DNA of 64,000 nucleotides. It comes from Lama glama (taxonomy: Eukaryota). Made by a program: the position numbers and the translations under genes. The stretch is taken from positions 310,001 through 374,000 of the forward strand of contig CM052816.1 in the NCBI GenBank assembly GCA_028534125.1, read 5' to 3'. A model generated the notes under the pieces. It made no database searches, was not told where the DNA came from, and saw nothing but the letters and a program-made list of their open reading frames with translations. Below, piece by piece: positions 1 to 10,829 of this stretch. The number at the start of each line of letters is the position of its first letter. Position 1 is the stretch's first letter.

Positions 1-249
1 TTGTGGGGGTGGGGGGGCGACTGGGTGTTCAGTGGGAGTAGGTGGGGTGTGGCCTGGGGGTCCTGAGCACAGAGGAGGGCACCACTGAGAGGATGCAGAC
101 TAATGTAGAGGAGCATCGGGGGGCAGGCTGCTCACAGATATGGGCTCAGGGCCTTGAGGTTGTGCGACCTCTTCTGACCCACCCCAGGTACCCCATCACC
201 TTGTGCTGGGCTGTTTTGTCTAATGGGGATTTTTGCCAATAATTGCAGT

Positions 250-1255
250 TGTGAGACATAATACAGAGGGGTGCCAATACCCTTTGCTCAGTTCCTCCCC
301 ATGGTAACTTTTAGCAAAAACGTGCTGGTGTGTGTCACACCGGGATATTGACTCTGTTACCATCTGATGGCCTCGTTCAGAGCCCACCATTGTCTTTGTG
401 CTCATTTGTGTACATGTGTTGAGTTCTGTGCAGTTTTATCTCATGGGGAAGTTAGCATGTCTCCACTAGAGTCAAGACGTAGAACATCTCCATCCCACAG
501 GGTCCTGTTGGCTCTTTATAGTCACACCCATGTTAACCCATCCTTAACCCCTGGGCATCGCTGATCTGCTCTCCATTTCTAAAATTCATCATTTCAAACA
601 TGTTACGTAAACGAAATCTTACCATAACCTCTAATGTTGGCTTTTTCCACTTGCATAACTCCCTGGAGATCTGGCCAGGCTGTATCAACAAGTGATTTCT
701 CTCTGTGGCTCAGCCCGATTCCATGGTATGGCCCTCCAGAGCCTGTTCAACCATCCACCTGTGCCAGGACATTAGCGTTGCCTCCAATTTGGGGTGATTA
801 CAAATAAAGCTGCTATAAACACTCATATACAGTTTTCTTGAGAACACAAATTTCATTTCTCTGGGATAAATTCCCAGGAGAGCAATGGCTGGGTCATACG
901 TTAGCTCCGTGTTTAGTTTTATATGGAACTGGAAACTTTTCCAGAGTGGCTGCACCATTCTACATTCCTGCCAGCATCGTGCCAGAGATCCAGTTTCTCT
1001 GCGTCTTCGTCAGCATTTGCAGTTTTCACTAATTTTAATTTTTAGCCATTCTGATAGGCATGCAGGGTATGTCATGGTGGTTTCACTTTAACTCTCCTCG
1101 ATTGCTAAATGGCGTTGAACCTCCTTTCATGCGCTTATCTGCCACCTATGTGTGCTCTTTGGTGACATGACTTCTCATGAATTTTGCCCCCTTAGCAACT
1201 GGGTTGTTTATTTTTACCATTGATTATATATTTCGATACCAGTCCTTTGTTGGAT
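250..1255 (-). mobile_element. Old LINE-1 3' fragment (end of ORF2 plus 3' UTR), antisense; boundaries approximate
   Basis: Minus-strand ORF 710-958 (VQPLWK...LTYDPAIALLGIYPREMK) resembles the L1 ORF2 C-terminus. Typical L1 motif CCAGAGTGGCTGCACCATT at ~941. Confidence 0.8.
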
Positions 1256-1256
1256 G

Positions 1257-1895
1257 TGGTAGATTCTCATTATTTGCAGTAGTTATGTTCTATCGCGTCC
1301 CAGCAAACACTGAATTGATGAAGAGTGAGCTCCCAGGGAAAGAAGGGAGGTAGGTTCCTGCCCGCCTCTGGTCACATTTTTGTCAGTTGATCAATAGGTA
1401 CCTTTATTTGATACGTGCATCTGTTTAAAGATGCCTTATCTCATATATACTGCTGGCACATTAATGATGAACTCATGGCCGACAGCATGGTGACTTGTAC
1501 CTGAAGGAAGGTCACCCAAGGAATTTTCTCCGTGAGGCACATCACAGCCCTCTTGTGCTCTGGACCCCTAGACAGCACTTCAGCTCTTATTCTTGGGGGC
1601 TGTTTTAAACAGGTAATCACCAAGGAAAAGCACAAAAATGCAAAAAATGTAGCACCGAATCAACCATGCAAAGAACATTTGTTTACAGCCTGAGAGCTGG
1701 GGTGCGAAGGCAGAGCAGCGCCTTGTTCCTCTTCAGCTGGGAATGTGGGCGTTGGGAGAGCCGAGCATTCACTGGTCTGAGCATGTCCACGAGGGCTGCG
1801 AAAGCACCTCGAGGACTGATTTGGGGATCACAAGTTAAACTTAGGGAGTAGGTGAGTTCAAAAATAGAGACCCTGAGGGTAATGAGGATTGACTG
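1257..1895. mobile_element. Tigger3-like non-autonomous DNA transposon (TcMar-Tigger)
   Basis: Left end (GTAGATTCTCATTATTTGC) and right end (GTAATGAGGATTGACTG) form imperfect terminal inverted repeats. The interior resembles the Tigger3 consensus as recalled. Confidence 0.65.
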
Positions 1896-1908
1896 TGGTT
1901 TGAAATAC

Positions 1909-2040
1909 GGTCATCCCTTGGTATCCTGGGGGCTTGGTTTCAGGACCGCCTTGGGTACCCAAATCCGAGGATGCTCAAGTCCCTTATATGAAACGGTGTA
2001 GTATTTGCATATAACCTGTGCAAATCCTCCTGTATACTTT
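1909..2040 (+). mobile_element. MER2-like DNA transposon fragment, truncated by the adjacent L1
   Basis: GTCATCCCTTGGTATCC...GGATGCTCAAGTCCCTTATAT...GTAGTATTTGCATATAACCT matches the recalled MER2 5' end. Confidence 0.7.
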
Positions 2041-2474
2041 CTTAAAAGGTTTTTTCACTGATATATAGTTGATTCACAATATTACATTGGTTTCAGGTGT
2101 ACAACATAGTGATTCAAAATTTCTATAGATTATACTCCATTTAAAGTTATAAAATATTGGCTCTTTTTCCTGTGCTGTACAAAATACCCTTATGGCTTAT
2201 TTATTTTATACATAGTAGTTTGTACCTCTTAATCCCCTACCCCTAGCTTGCCACCCCCCCACTGATAATCACTAGTTTGTTCTCTGTATCTGTGAGTCTG
2301 TTTCTGTTTTGTTATATTCATTTGTTTTATTTTTTACATTCCACAAATAAGTGATAACATACAGTCTTTGGCTTTCTCTGTCTGACTTACTCCACTAAGT
2401 GTAATACCCTCCAGGTCCATTCATGTTGTTGCAAATGGCAAAATTTTATTCTTTATGGCTGAGTAGCATTCTAC

Positions 2475-2534
2475 TGTGTGTGCGTGCGTGCGTGTGTGCA
2501 TGCGTGTGTGTGTGTGTGTATACACACACACACA
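2475..2534. repeat. Compound (TG)n/(CA)n microsatellite inside the L1
   Basis: TGTGTGCGTGCG...TGTGTA-TACACACACACAC seen directly. Confidence 0.85.
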
Positions 2535-3535
2535 CCATATCTTCTTTATCCAGTCATCTGCTGGTGGGCATTTAGGCTGCTTTCTTATCCTGGCTATTGT
2601 AAATAATGCTGCTGTGAACATTGGGGTGCATGTATCTTTTCAAATTAGCACTTTTGTTTTCTTTGGGTATATACCCGGGAGTGGAATTGCTGGATTGTAT
2701 GGTGGTTCTATTTTTAGTTTTTTGAGAACCCCCCCATACTATTTTCCACAGTGGCTGCACTGACTTTCATTCCCACTATCCTTTTTCTCCACATCCTCAC
2801 CAACATTTGTTGTTTGTATTCTTTTTGATGACAGCCGTTCTGACGGGTGTGAGTTGGCATCTCATTGTGTTTTGATTTGCATTTTCCTGATGATTAGTGA
2901 TGCTGAGTGTCTTTTCATGTACTGGTTGGCCATCTGCATGTCCTCTTTGGAAAAATGTCTGTTCAGGTCTTCTGCCCATTTTTTAATTGGGTTATTATTT
3001 TTTTTAATGTTGAGTTGTATGAGCTGTTTGTATATTTTGGATATTAACCCCTTATTGATCATATCATTTGCAAATAAGTTCTCCTATCCTGCAGGCTGTC
3101 TTTTCATTTTGTTGATGGTTTCCTTTGACATGCAAAAGCTTTTAAGTTTAATTAAGTCCCATTTGTTTATTTTTGCTTCTATTTCCTTTGCCTTAGGAGA
3201 CAAATCCAAAGAAATATTGCCATGATTTATGTCAAAAAATGTTCTGCCTGTGTTTTCCTTTAGGGTTTTTATGCTTTCTGGTCTTACATTTAAGTCTTAA
3301 ATACATTTTGCATTTATTTTTGTGTACGGTGTCAGAGAATGTTCTAATTTCATGTTTTTACTTGTAGCTGTCTACTTTTCCCAGCACCAACTTTTGAAGA
3401 GACTGTCTTTTCTCTATTGTATGTTCTTGCCTCCTTAGTCATAGATTGATTGACCATAAGCATGTGAGCTTGTTTCTGGGATCTTCTATTCTATTCCATT
3501 GATCTACGTGTTTATTTTGGTGCTAATACCATACT

Positions 3536-3966
3536 TTTTTTTTTCTTGTTTTTGGACAAGAAAGTAGGATTTATTGGTGGGTGTGAGTAAGGAGAGAGCA
3601 ACACAAAGGCTGTCACGAGTGCAGGTCTGCCATTTTTCTAGGAGGCCATGATTAGAGATGTACTTGACCCCACAGCCATCTGGAAAGAGCTGCTTTTCTG
3701 CCACCATGTTTTCAAATTCATCTGCACTAAACTTAGTGAATCTCCACTTTCTGGTGATGTGGGTCTTCTCCAGGGAACTTGAACTTGACACTATGTAGGG
3801 CCCCAGTCACATGCTTCTTGTTCTGCGTCTTGGTGTGGGTGAACATGATGACTTGGCCAACGTAGACCCTGATCACTGTGTCCTGGGTTGTTCCAAAGGC
3901 ACCACAAATACCTATCTGGAGCCTAGACTGGAGACAGCATGCCAGACATGAATATCCACTGGGAAG
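3536..3966 (-). pseudogene. RPL10: Partially processed RPL10 (uL16) pseudogene fragment: 44 nt of intron, last two exons spliced, 3' UTR and poly(A)
   Basis: Minus-strand translation RLQIGICGAFG...KFKFPG and [35 protein letters not shown] matches the RPL10 C-terminal half, with frameshifts. Remnant TGA at 3613-3615, AATAAA at 3570-3575, A-tail ~3536-3553, intron acceptor CTAG|G at 3923/3922. Confidence 0.92.
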
Positions 3967-4099
3967 GGCTGTCAGCAAGGTCCCCTAAGGCAATTCATAC
4001 AAACAACATGCTGCATACACTACCAAAGAGGCTGCTGTTTGCAGCCATTGCACACCAGTCCCCCACAGGAAAAAGAGCAGTCGGCATAATTAGCTGCAG
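3967..4099 (-). ncRNA. SNORA70: SNORA70 (U70) H/ACA snoRNA retrocopy
   Basis: Reverse complement reads CTGCAGCTAATTATGCCGACTG...GCAATGGCTGCAAACAGCAGCCTCTTTGGTAGTGTATGCAGC...GGGACCTTGCTGACAGCC, colinear with SNORA70 as recalled. H box ACAGCA at 4038-4033; ACA box 3 nt from the 3' end. SNORA70 is hosted in an RPL10 intron. Confidence 0.88.
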
Positions 4100-4245
4100 A
4101 AATACCATACTGTTCTGATTACTGTAGCTTTGTAGTAGAGTTGAAGCCAGGGAGTGTGATTCCTCCAGCTCTGGTGTTCTTTCTCAAGATTGTTTTGGCT
4201 ATTTGTTTTTTGTGTGTGTGTTTCCATACAAATTTTAAAATTATT

Positions 4246-4745
4246 NNNNNNNNNNNNNNNNNNNNNNNNNNNNNNNNNNNNNNNNNNNNNNNNNNNNNNN
4301 NNNNNNNNNNNNNNNNNNNNNNNNNNNNNNNNNNNNNNNNNNNNNNNNNNNNNNNNNNNNNNNNNNNNNNNNNNNNNNNNNNNNNNNNNNNNNNNNNNNN
4401 NNNNNNNNNNNNNNNNNNNNNNNNNNNNNNNNNNNNNNNNNNNNNNNNNNNNNNNNNNNNNNNNNNNNNNNNNNNNNNNNNNNNNNNNNNNNNNNNNNNN
4501 NNNNNNNNNNNNNNNNNNNNNNNNNNNNNNNNNNNNNNNNNNNNNNNNNNNNNNNNNNNNNNNNNNNNNNNNNNNNNNNNNNNNNNNNNNNNNNNNNNNN
4601 NNNNNNNNNNNNNNNNNNNNNNNNNNNNNNNNNNNNNNNNNNNNNNNNNNNNNNNNNNNNNNNNNNNNNNNNNNNNNNNNNNNNNNNNNNNNNNNNNNNN
4701 NNNNNNNNNNNNNNNNNNNNNNNNNNNNNNNNNNNNNNNNNNNNN
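4246..4745. other. Assembly gap (500 N)
   Basis: Run of exactly 500 N. Confidence 1.
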
Positions 4746-5824
4746 TGAATGCACTGCCCCTGCCCCTCCCCATTCCCATCTTCAGTCTCCAAGGGAAGGA
4801 GGCAGACACTCACAGCAAGGGGGCGTGGGCAACCCCCCACCAGCTGCAGGATTTCCATTCTTTGCTCATTGATGATCACACCCCTTCAAGGGTTGAGGGG
4901 ACGTGGGAGGATCCCAGGAGAGGTGAGGTGTGCCCTGGCCCAGAGGTGCTGTATGTGGGACAGGCTCTGTGTACAAGGCTCCCCGTTGCGGGCAATGCTC
5001 AGCGAGGAGGTTTGAGCAGCTGTGCACACAGCATGCAGTGGATCCCAAATGCTTGGATGGGGGAAGTCACTGAGGGATGAGGATGGGGTGCAAAGGGGGC
5101 ACGTGGAGCAGAGGGCTCGGAGAGCCTGCTGGAGTGGAGAACCTGTGACCTCTGGTGTGCCTTAGTCAGAGAGAGGGGCAGGCCAAACGTGGGCACTTAC
5201 TATAAGCTTCCACGGCCAGGCCCTGTTAGGGTGCAGAGAATTGCCATTCTTTGGGTGAGACCAGGTAGACTGGAGGTTTAAGCCACAGGAAGCAACAGTG
5301 TGTGGGGAGGGGGACAGGACACCCGATGGTAGTTGGAGTGGCCCAGGAGGGACAGGGAAGGTCTTTGTGGTGAGACACAACATGGCAGATGCCACACAGG
5401 AGAAGGGCAAGCTTGGTGCTGGTGTTTTGGGACAGTTGCTCAGCTGGACCTTGAGTTTGGGGCAGTGGGCCTGGAGGAGGGAAGAGATGCTCTTGTCAGT
5501 TAAAAAGAGCCCATTATGGGAGGTGAGGCCAAACCCCAAACGCCCAGAAAGAGGCAAATTTACACTTGTGGACCACCGTACCATCTGGTGATGCTACCTG
5601 CAGGGATGGGGTGTGTGGGAGGAGATGAGACTGGGATGGGGCAGGGGGGCCACGTGGAGGCGTTCACCCTGCATTAAGCTGGGTTCTCCAGGCAGCCCTG
5701 GATGGGTGAAGTGACCAGGTGGGGCACAGGTGGGGGGGCTCTTGAGTGCACCCGGGTCTCATCCCCACTATGCCTTCCCCGCCACCCTACTTTGCAGGTT
5801 CCCCACCTCCCCCCTCCCACCACC

Positions 5825-6812
5825 ATGGATCACTCCTCGTTCAGTGGAGCGCCCCGCTTCCTAACCCGGCCCAAGGCCTTCGTGGTGTCGGTGGGCAAGG
5901 ACGCCACGCTGAGCTGCCAGATTGTGGGCAACCCGACGCCACAAGTGAGCTGGGAGAAGGACCAGCAGCCGGTGGAGGCTGGCGCTCGCTTCCGCCTGGC
6001 CCAGGACGGTGACCTGTACCGCCTCACCATCCTGGACCTGGCGCTGGGAGACAGCGGGCAGTACGTATGCCGCGCGCGCAACGCCATCGGCGAGGCCTTC
6101 GCGGCCGTCGGCCTGCAGGTGGATGCGGTGGCGGCGTGCGCCGAGCAGGCGCCGCACTTCCTGCTGCGGCCCACGTCCATCCGCGTGCGCGAGGGCGCCG
6201 AGGCCACGTTCCGCTGCCGCGTGCGGGGCTCGCCGCCTATGTCGGTGAGCTGGGCCAAGGACGGGCGGCGCCTGGGCGCGCCCGACGGCCCCCGCGTGCG
6301 CGTGGAGGCGAGCGGCGAGGCGAGCGCGCTGCGCATCCAGGCCGCGCGGCCGCGCGACGGCGGCACCTACACGGTTCACGCCGAGAACCCGCTGGGCGCC
6401 GCCAGCGCCGCCGCGGCGCTCACGGTGGATGCGGACGCCGATGCGGGCAGCCCACCGGGCGCCTCCACAGCCATGCTCCTGGCGCACCTGCAGCGGCGGC
6501 GCGAAGCCATGCGCGCAGAGGGCGCCCCGGCCTCGCCGCCGTCCAGGGCTGGCACACGCACCTGCACGGTGACCGAGGGCAAGCACGCACGCCTCAGCTG
6601 CTACGTGACGGGTGAGCCCAAGCCGGAGACGGTGTGGAAGAAGGATGGGCAGCTGGTGGCCGAGGGCCGGCGACACGTGGTATATGAGGATGCTCAGGAG
6701 AACTTTGTGCTCAAGATCCTCTTCTGCAAGCAGTCAGACTGTGGCCTCTACACCTGCACGGCGTCCAACCTCGTGGGCCAGACCTACAGCTCCGTGCTGG
6801 TTGTCGTTCGAG
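5825..6812 (+). CDS. OBSCN: Obscurin first coding exon (first three Ig domains); exon begins at 5798
   Basis: Acceptor TTTGCAG|G at 5797/5798; Kozak [54 protein letters not shown] matches the obscurin N-terminus. Donor AG|GTGAGC. Confidence 0.97.
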
Positions 6813-6850
6813 GTGAGCTCCTGGGGGCGGGCGCATGGTCCCCGCGCGCA
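5850..6850. promoter_or_regulatory. CpG-island-like segment over the first coding exon
   Basis: Very high GC and dense CpG (e.g. GCCGCGCGGCCGCGCGACGGCGG) compared with the flanks; judged by eye. Confidence 0.65.
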
Positions 6851-8015
6851 GTGAGCACAGGCAGGGGCCCCTCCCCAGGCCTTCCATGCTTTTCTTCTAG
6901 CGGCCGCTGCCATCTCCCCACCCTGTGTCTGTCTGGTAGAGGAATCTGTAGTTACGGGTCTCGGCAGCAGTTGCTTTTCTGGGTCCACAAAATGGGGGCG
7001 ATATGGGATGAGCCTCAGTCTGTTCCATTGTCTGTGAGAGTAACACGAGCATACGGCAAAGCACTATGTCACCAAAACCACTTACCCCGGGGAGGCAAGG
7101 TGCCCAATGGCTGAGCCTGCCCTGTCCAGGCTGAGGGTGACCCAGGCTCTCCACCCCTCCTACAGGATGCTAAGGGGGTCTCCCTGGCGGAGATGGAAGG
7201 AGAGCAGGAGCAGGGAGAAACCCCATACTGTTGGAGACCTCAGGCTGGGGCTGCATCAGGCTGCAGCCTGAAGGTGGTTCTGGGTCAGTCTGCAGGCTCC
7301 TGTCCAGGTCGGAGGCTCATCCAGGGCAGAGGCTCATCCAGGGCACCTGGGCAAGTGTAGGCAACACCACCAGAATTTCCTGGGGTGCCATTTAGTCTTG
7401 GTTCCCTAAGGCCAGCCTCTTGCTGTGGTTGGAGTCCCACTTCCACTTTTTACCAGCCTTAGGATCTCCAAAAGGGCCTTTCAGCCTCTGTGTGGGTCCC
7501 TCAGCGTCTTCATTTTTGCAGGGAAGTGCGCTCATGCAGTTGAGCGATTTCATGATTTCACAGGCTGGTACAGGTCCAGCGGCCTCACCCCTGTGAGCCT
7601 ACCGCATCCTGCCCATTAAGGGCCTGCTCAGTGGGGCTGCTTGCTGTGGCTTCACTGGCCTCATTTCTCTCTTTCTCTTCCAGAATTCTCCTTATATTTG
7701 GGAGAGGGGGCTCTTAAATTCTGTCCCCCCTCCCCTGTCCTCCCTCTTTTGCTACACCCTTAGCTCCCTCTGTTCCCCTCCCTGCAGCTCCTCTGCCTTC
7801 TCTCCCACCCACCTGCTGCCCCCGGAGCCCCTCCAACCCCTGTCCTGGCTCCCTGCTCCCACCCAAGTCTTACACCTCCCTTACCCTGCCCGCCTCCTTC
7901 CCCGTCACCCACCTCCCAGTCCCTCCCCACTTCCCTGTCTGCTCACTCTCCATCGCCTCTCCGGTCTGCCCCCTTCCCTCTCCCGGCCCCACTCACCTGT
8001 GCTCTTTTCCCGCAG

Positions 8016-8285
8016 AGCCCTCGGTTCCCTTCAAGAAGCGGCTGCAGGACTTGGAGGTGCCAGAGAAAGGTTCGGCCACGTTCCGGTGTGAGGTGCCGCT
8101 GCCAGCCACGGAGTCCGCGTGGTACAAGGAGGAGACGCGGCTGTGGGCCAGCGCCAAGTACCGCATCGAGGAGGCAGGCACCGAGCGCCGGCTGACCGTG
8201 CTCAACGTCTCCTCTGATGACGATGCTGTGTACATCTGTGAGACCGCAGAGGGCAGTCGCACGGTGGCCGAGCTGGCGGTGCAAG
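8016..8285 (+). CDS. OBSCN: Obscurin Ig exon ([15 protein letters not shown]...), 270 nt
   Basis: CCGCAG|AG acceptor, AAG|GTGGGC donor, Ig C/W/C pattern, phase 1-1. Confidence 0.95.
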
Positions 8286-8547
8286 GTGGGCGGGCAGGGG
8301 CCCAAGAGACTGGACGGGCAGGGCTCGGGGTCCCGGCCTCACAGGAGCTGGGCGGGTGGCTAGGTACTGGGCAGATGGTCAGGCAGGGTTGGGGTTGGGG
8401 GCGGTGGGCGGGTCAGGGAGGGGTGAGCAGGGCGGGCACTCTGGGACAGGGTCAGGAAAGAGGTGGGGGCAGGGCATGCTGGCAGGGGTCCAGTCTGACC
8501 AGCTCCAACCCCCTCCCACCCCCCACCCCTGGCTCCACCCACCTCAG

Positions 8548-8808
8548 GCAACCTCCTCCGAAGGCTCCCAAGGAAGACAGCTGTGCGAGTGGGAGACACA
8601 GCCATGTTCTGTGTGCAGCTGGCCAAGCCAGAGGGCCCTGTCTCCTGGCTGCGGAACCAGAAAGAGGTGGTGGCCGGGGGCCGAGTGGCCATCACTGCCG
8701 AAGGCACGTGCCACACGCTGATCATCTCCCAGTGCAGCTTGGAGGATATGGGTGAGGTGGCCTTTGTGGCTGGGGACTGCCGGACATCCACCCAGTTCTG
8801 CGTGTCAG
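8548..8808 (+). CDS. OBSCN: Obscurin Ig exon (GNLLRRLPRKTAVRVGDTAMF...), 261 nt
   Basis: CTCAG|GC acceptor, CAG|GTAAGG donor, open frame. Confidence 0.95.
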
Positions 8809-9565
8809 GTAAGGGCCTAGGGAGTGCCTGTCAGACGGAGGGAGCTGCTTATCTGCCCTCAGTCCACTGGGCCCTGCTCTGTGTTTTAGCCTGCTGGGGG
8901 GAGCGCCATGAGGGACAGGGGCCACCTAGGTTATAGCTCTGGTTCCCTGGGGCCCATGGTTCATTTGATGCCCTCTCTTAGGTATCTGCCAAGTGGGAGT
9001 CCTGGTGGCCCCCCACCCCAAGAACCAAAGTAGAAGGTGCAGGTTGTTCTAGAAGCCCAGTGGGTAGGGGTTGAGTGCGTTCTCTTTCTGTGGCCTTTGG
9101 TGTTGCGATTGGCCCCCACAGGGTCAACCTTTTGCCGGGGCCAGGGATGAGCCTCAGCACATGGGTCTCAGTACCTTTGGAAGCATCATTGTGTCCTGCC
9201 TCAACCAGTGTCCATCCCAAGACCCCAGTGCGCAAGTGGGGTCAAGGCTGAGAACTGGAAAGAATTCATTTCCAGGACACGTGGACAGTTCATGGTGGCC
9301 CTGGGCCGAGTGTGGCCCCTGAGGACTGGGTAAACTTTCCACTGCAAGCAGAGAAATGGCCACAGAGTCAGGGCTGGGGCCATGGGCTCACAGCCTCCTC
9401 TTGGGTTGGTGGTCCCCTTGGGCTGTGGCCATTCCAGATCATCAGAGAAGTGCTCCCTGGAAGGGCTGGGACTTCTGTGACAATCCCACTCCCCCATCGT
9501 GGTCTTGGACCTAGGGCTTGGGGAGGGGGCTCCCAACTGGTGACATGGGCCTGTGCTCTGCCCAG

Positions 9566-9874
9566 CTCCCAGGAGACCACCCCTACATGCTCCTGAGGGT
9601 CCTGTGGTGAAGGCCAAGACGGAGAGCTCCGTGACCCTCAGCTGGTCCCCGCCACCCCACGGTGACCGCCCTGTGGCCATCGATGGCTACCTGGTGGAGA
9701 AGAAGAGACTGGGCACCTATACCTGGAGCCGGTGCCACAAAGACGAGTGCGTGGCCACACCTGAGCTGACTGTGGCCGGCGTGGCCGAGGAGGGGGAGTT
9801 CCAGTTCCGGGTGTCAGCTGTGAACACCTTTGGCCAGAGCCCCTACCTTGAGTTCCCAGGGACTATACACCTGG
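9566..9874 (+). CDS. OBSCN: Obscurin fibronectin type III exon (SVTLSWSPP...GYLVEKK...FQFRVSAVN), 309 nt
   Basis: CCCAG|CT acceptor, TGG|GTAAGT donor, FN3 signature residues. Confidence 0.95.
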
Positions 9875-10335
9875 GTAAGTGTGGAAGGTTGTGTTCTCCA
9901 TGGCGTCCTGGTAACCACCTGTGGGGCCATCTGCTTGCAAATCACCCAGACCCAGAGTGTAGCCCAGCCTTGGAGAGGCCAGAGTGACTCATGGGTCCTC
10001 TTTATGGCAGAGGGGAGGGACCAGGGTCCTGATGTTATTGGAGACTCCTCTGTGGGAAGGACCCTGAGACAGGACTTGAGCTCCCAGGAACCTGTCTGTA
10101 CCCACCAGCCCCAAGACACTGGGCTGGGCAGCTGCCCCGCCCTGCCGGGTTTGTGGGATCTGAAGGGGATCTCAGATGGCTCTGACTTGTCCCCTCTCTA
10201 TCTTGGGCCTGACTTTCACTCGTGGTCTCTGTGCGCTTGTCCAGTGGACTTCCTGGAGGAGGGGTCATTTGGGCCCAGGTATTGGAGGAGAAGGGGGCAG
10301 TGGCCCAGCTCTTTCCTGAAGCCCCCATTTCACAG

Positions 10336-10602
10336 CCCCCCAGCTGGCTGTGAAAACACCTCTGAAGGCAGTGGAGGCAGTGGAAGGAGGTGAGGTGACC
10401 TTCTCCGTGGACCTCACTACGGCCTCGGCAGGGGAGTGGTTCCTGGATGGGAAGGCCCTGAGGGCCAGCAGCGTGTACGTGATACACTGTGCCGGCACCC
10501 GGCACACTCTCACCATCCGCTCGGTGCCTGTCAGCCTGCACGGCGCTGAGCTCAAGTTCGTGGCCAACGGCATCGAGAGCAGCATCCGCATGGAGGTCCG
10601 AG
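10336..10602 (+). CDS. OBSCN: Obscurin Ig exon (APQLAVKTPLKAVEAVEGG...), 267 nt
   Basis: CACAG|CC acceptor, GAG|GTAGGG donor. Confidence 0.93.
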
Positions 10603-10829
10603 GTAGGGCCACCTCTTCTTGTGACCCCGAGGCGCCTCTGAGCCCCATTTCTTCCAGGGGGTGGGGGTGGGATAGGAGACCCCCAGTTCTCAGGGCTCCT
10701 AGGGGAGCTGCTGCTGCTCCCAGGGCAGGCAGGCTGCTGGCTGGAGTGGGGCCAGGCCATGAGGTGCGCAAAGCCACCAGCTGTGAGTGGGGGAGGGATT
10801 ATGGAGCCCTGAGGGCACAGAGCCTCCCT

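Larger units (their letters stand above)
2050..4245 (-). mobile_element. LINE-1 3' portion (ORF2 C-terminus plus 3' UTR), antisense; interrupted at 3536-4100 by a retrocopy and running into the gap
   Basis: Minus-strand ORFs [19 protein letters not shown] and [38 protein letters not shown] are classic L1 ORF2 segments. L1 sequence resumes at 4101. Confidence 0.9.

Noticed and set aside
4090..5080. Long ORFs spanning N runs (also 24246-25190 and 54601-55339)
   Set aside because: They are artefacts of translating gaps.
1..5797. OBSCN promoter or non-coding first exon
   Set aside because: No supportable promoter or donor was found; it probably lies upstream of the window or in the gap.
5702..7114. 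470-aa ORF as a single-exon gene
   Set aside because: It runs across the acceptor at 5797 and the donor at 6812; only 5825-6812 is obscurin-like. The same read-through explains most long + strand ORFs in the track.
7312..7345. 17-bp tandem duplication GAGGCTCATCCAGGGCA
   Set aside because: An ordinary intronic micro-duplication with no sign of function.
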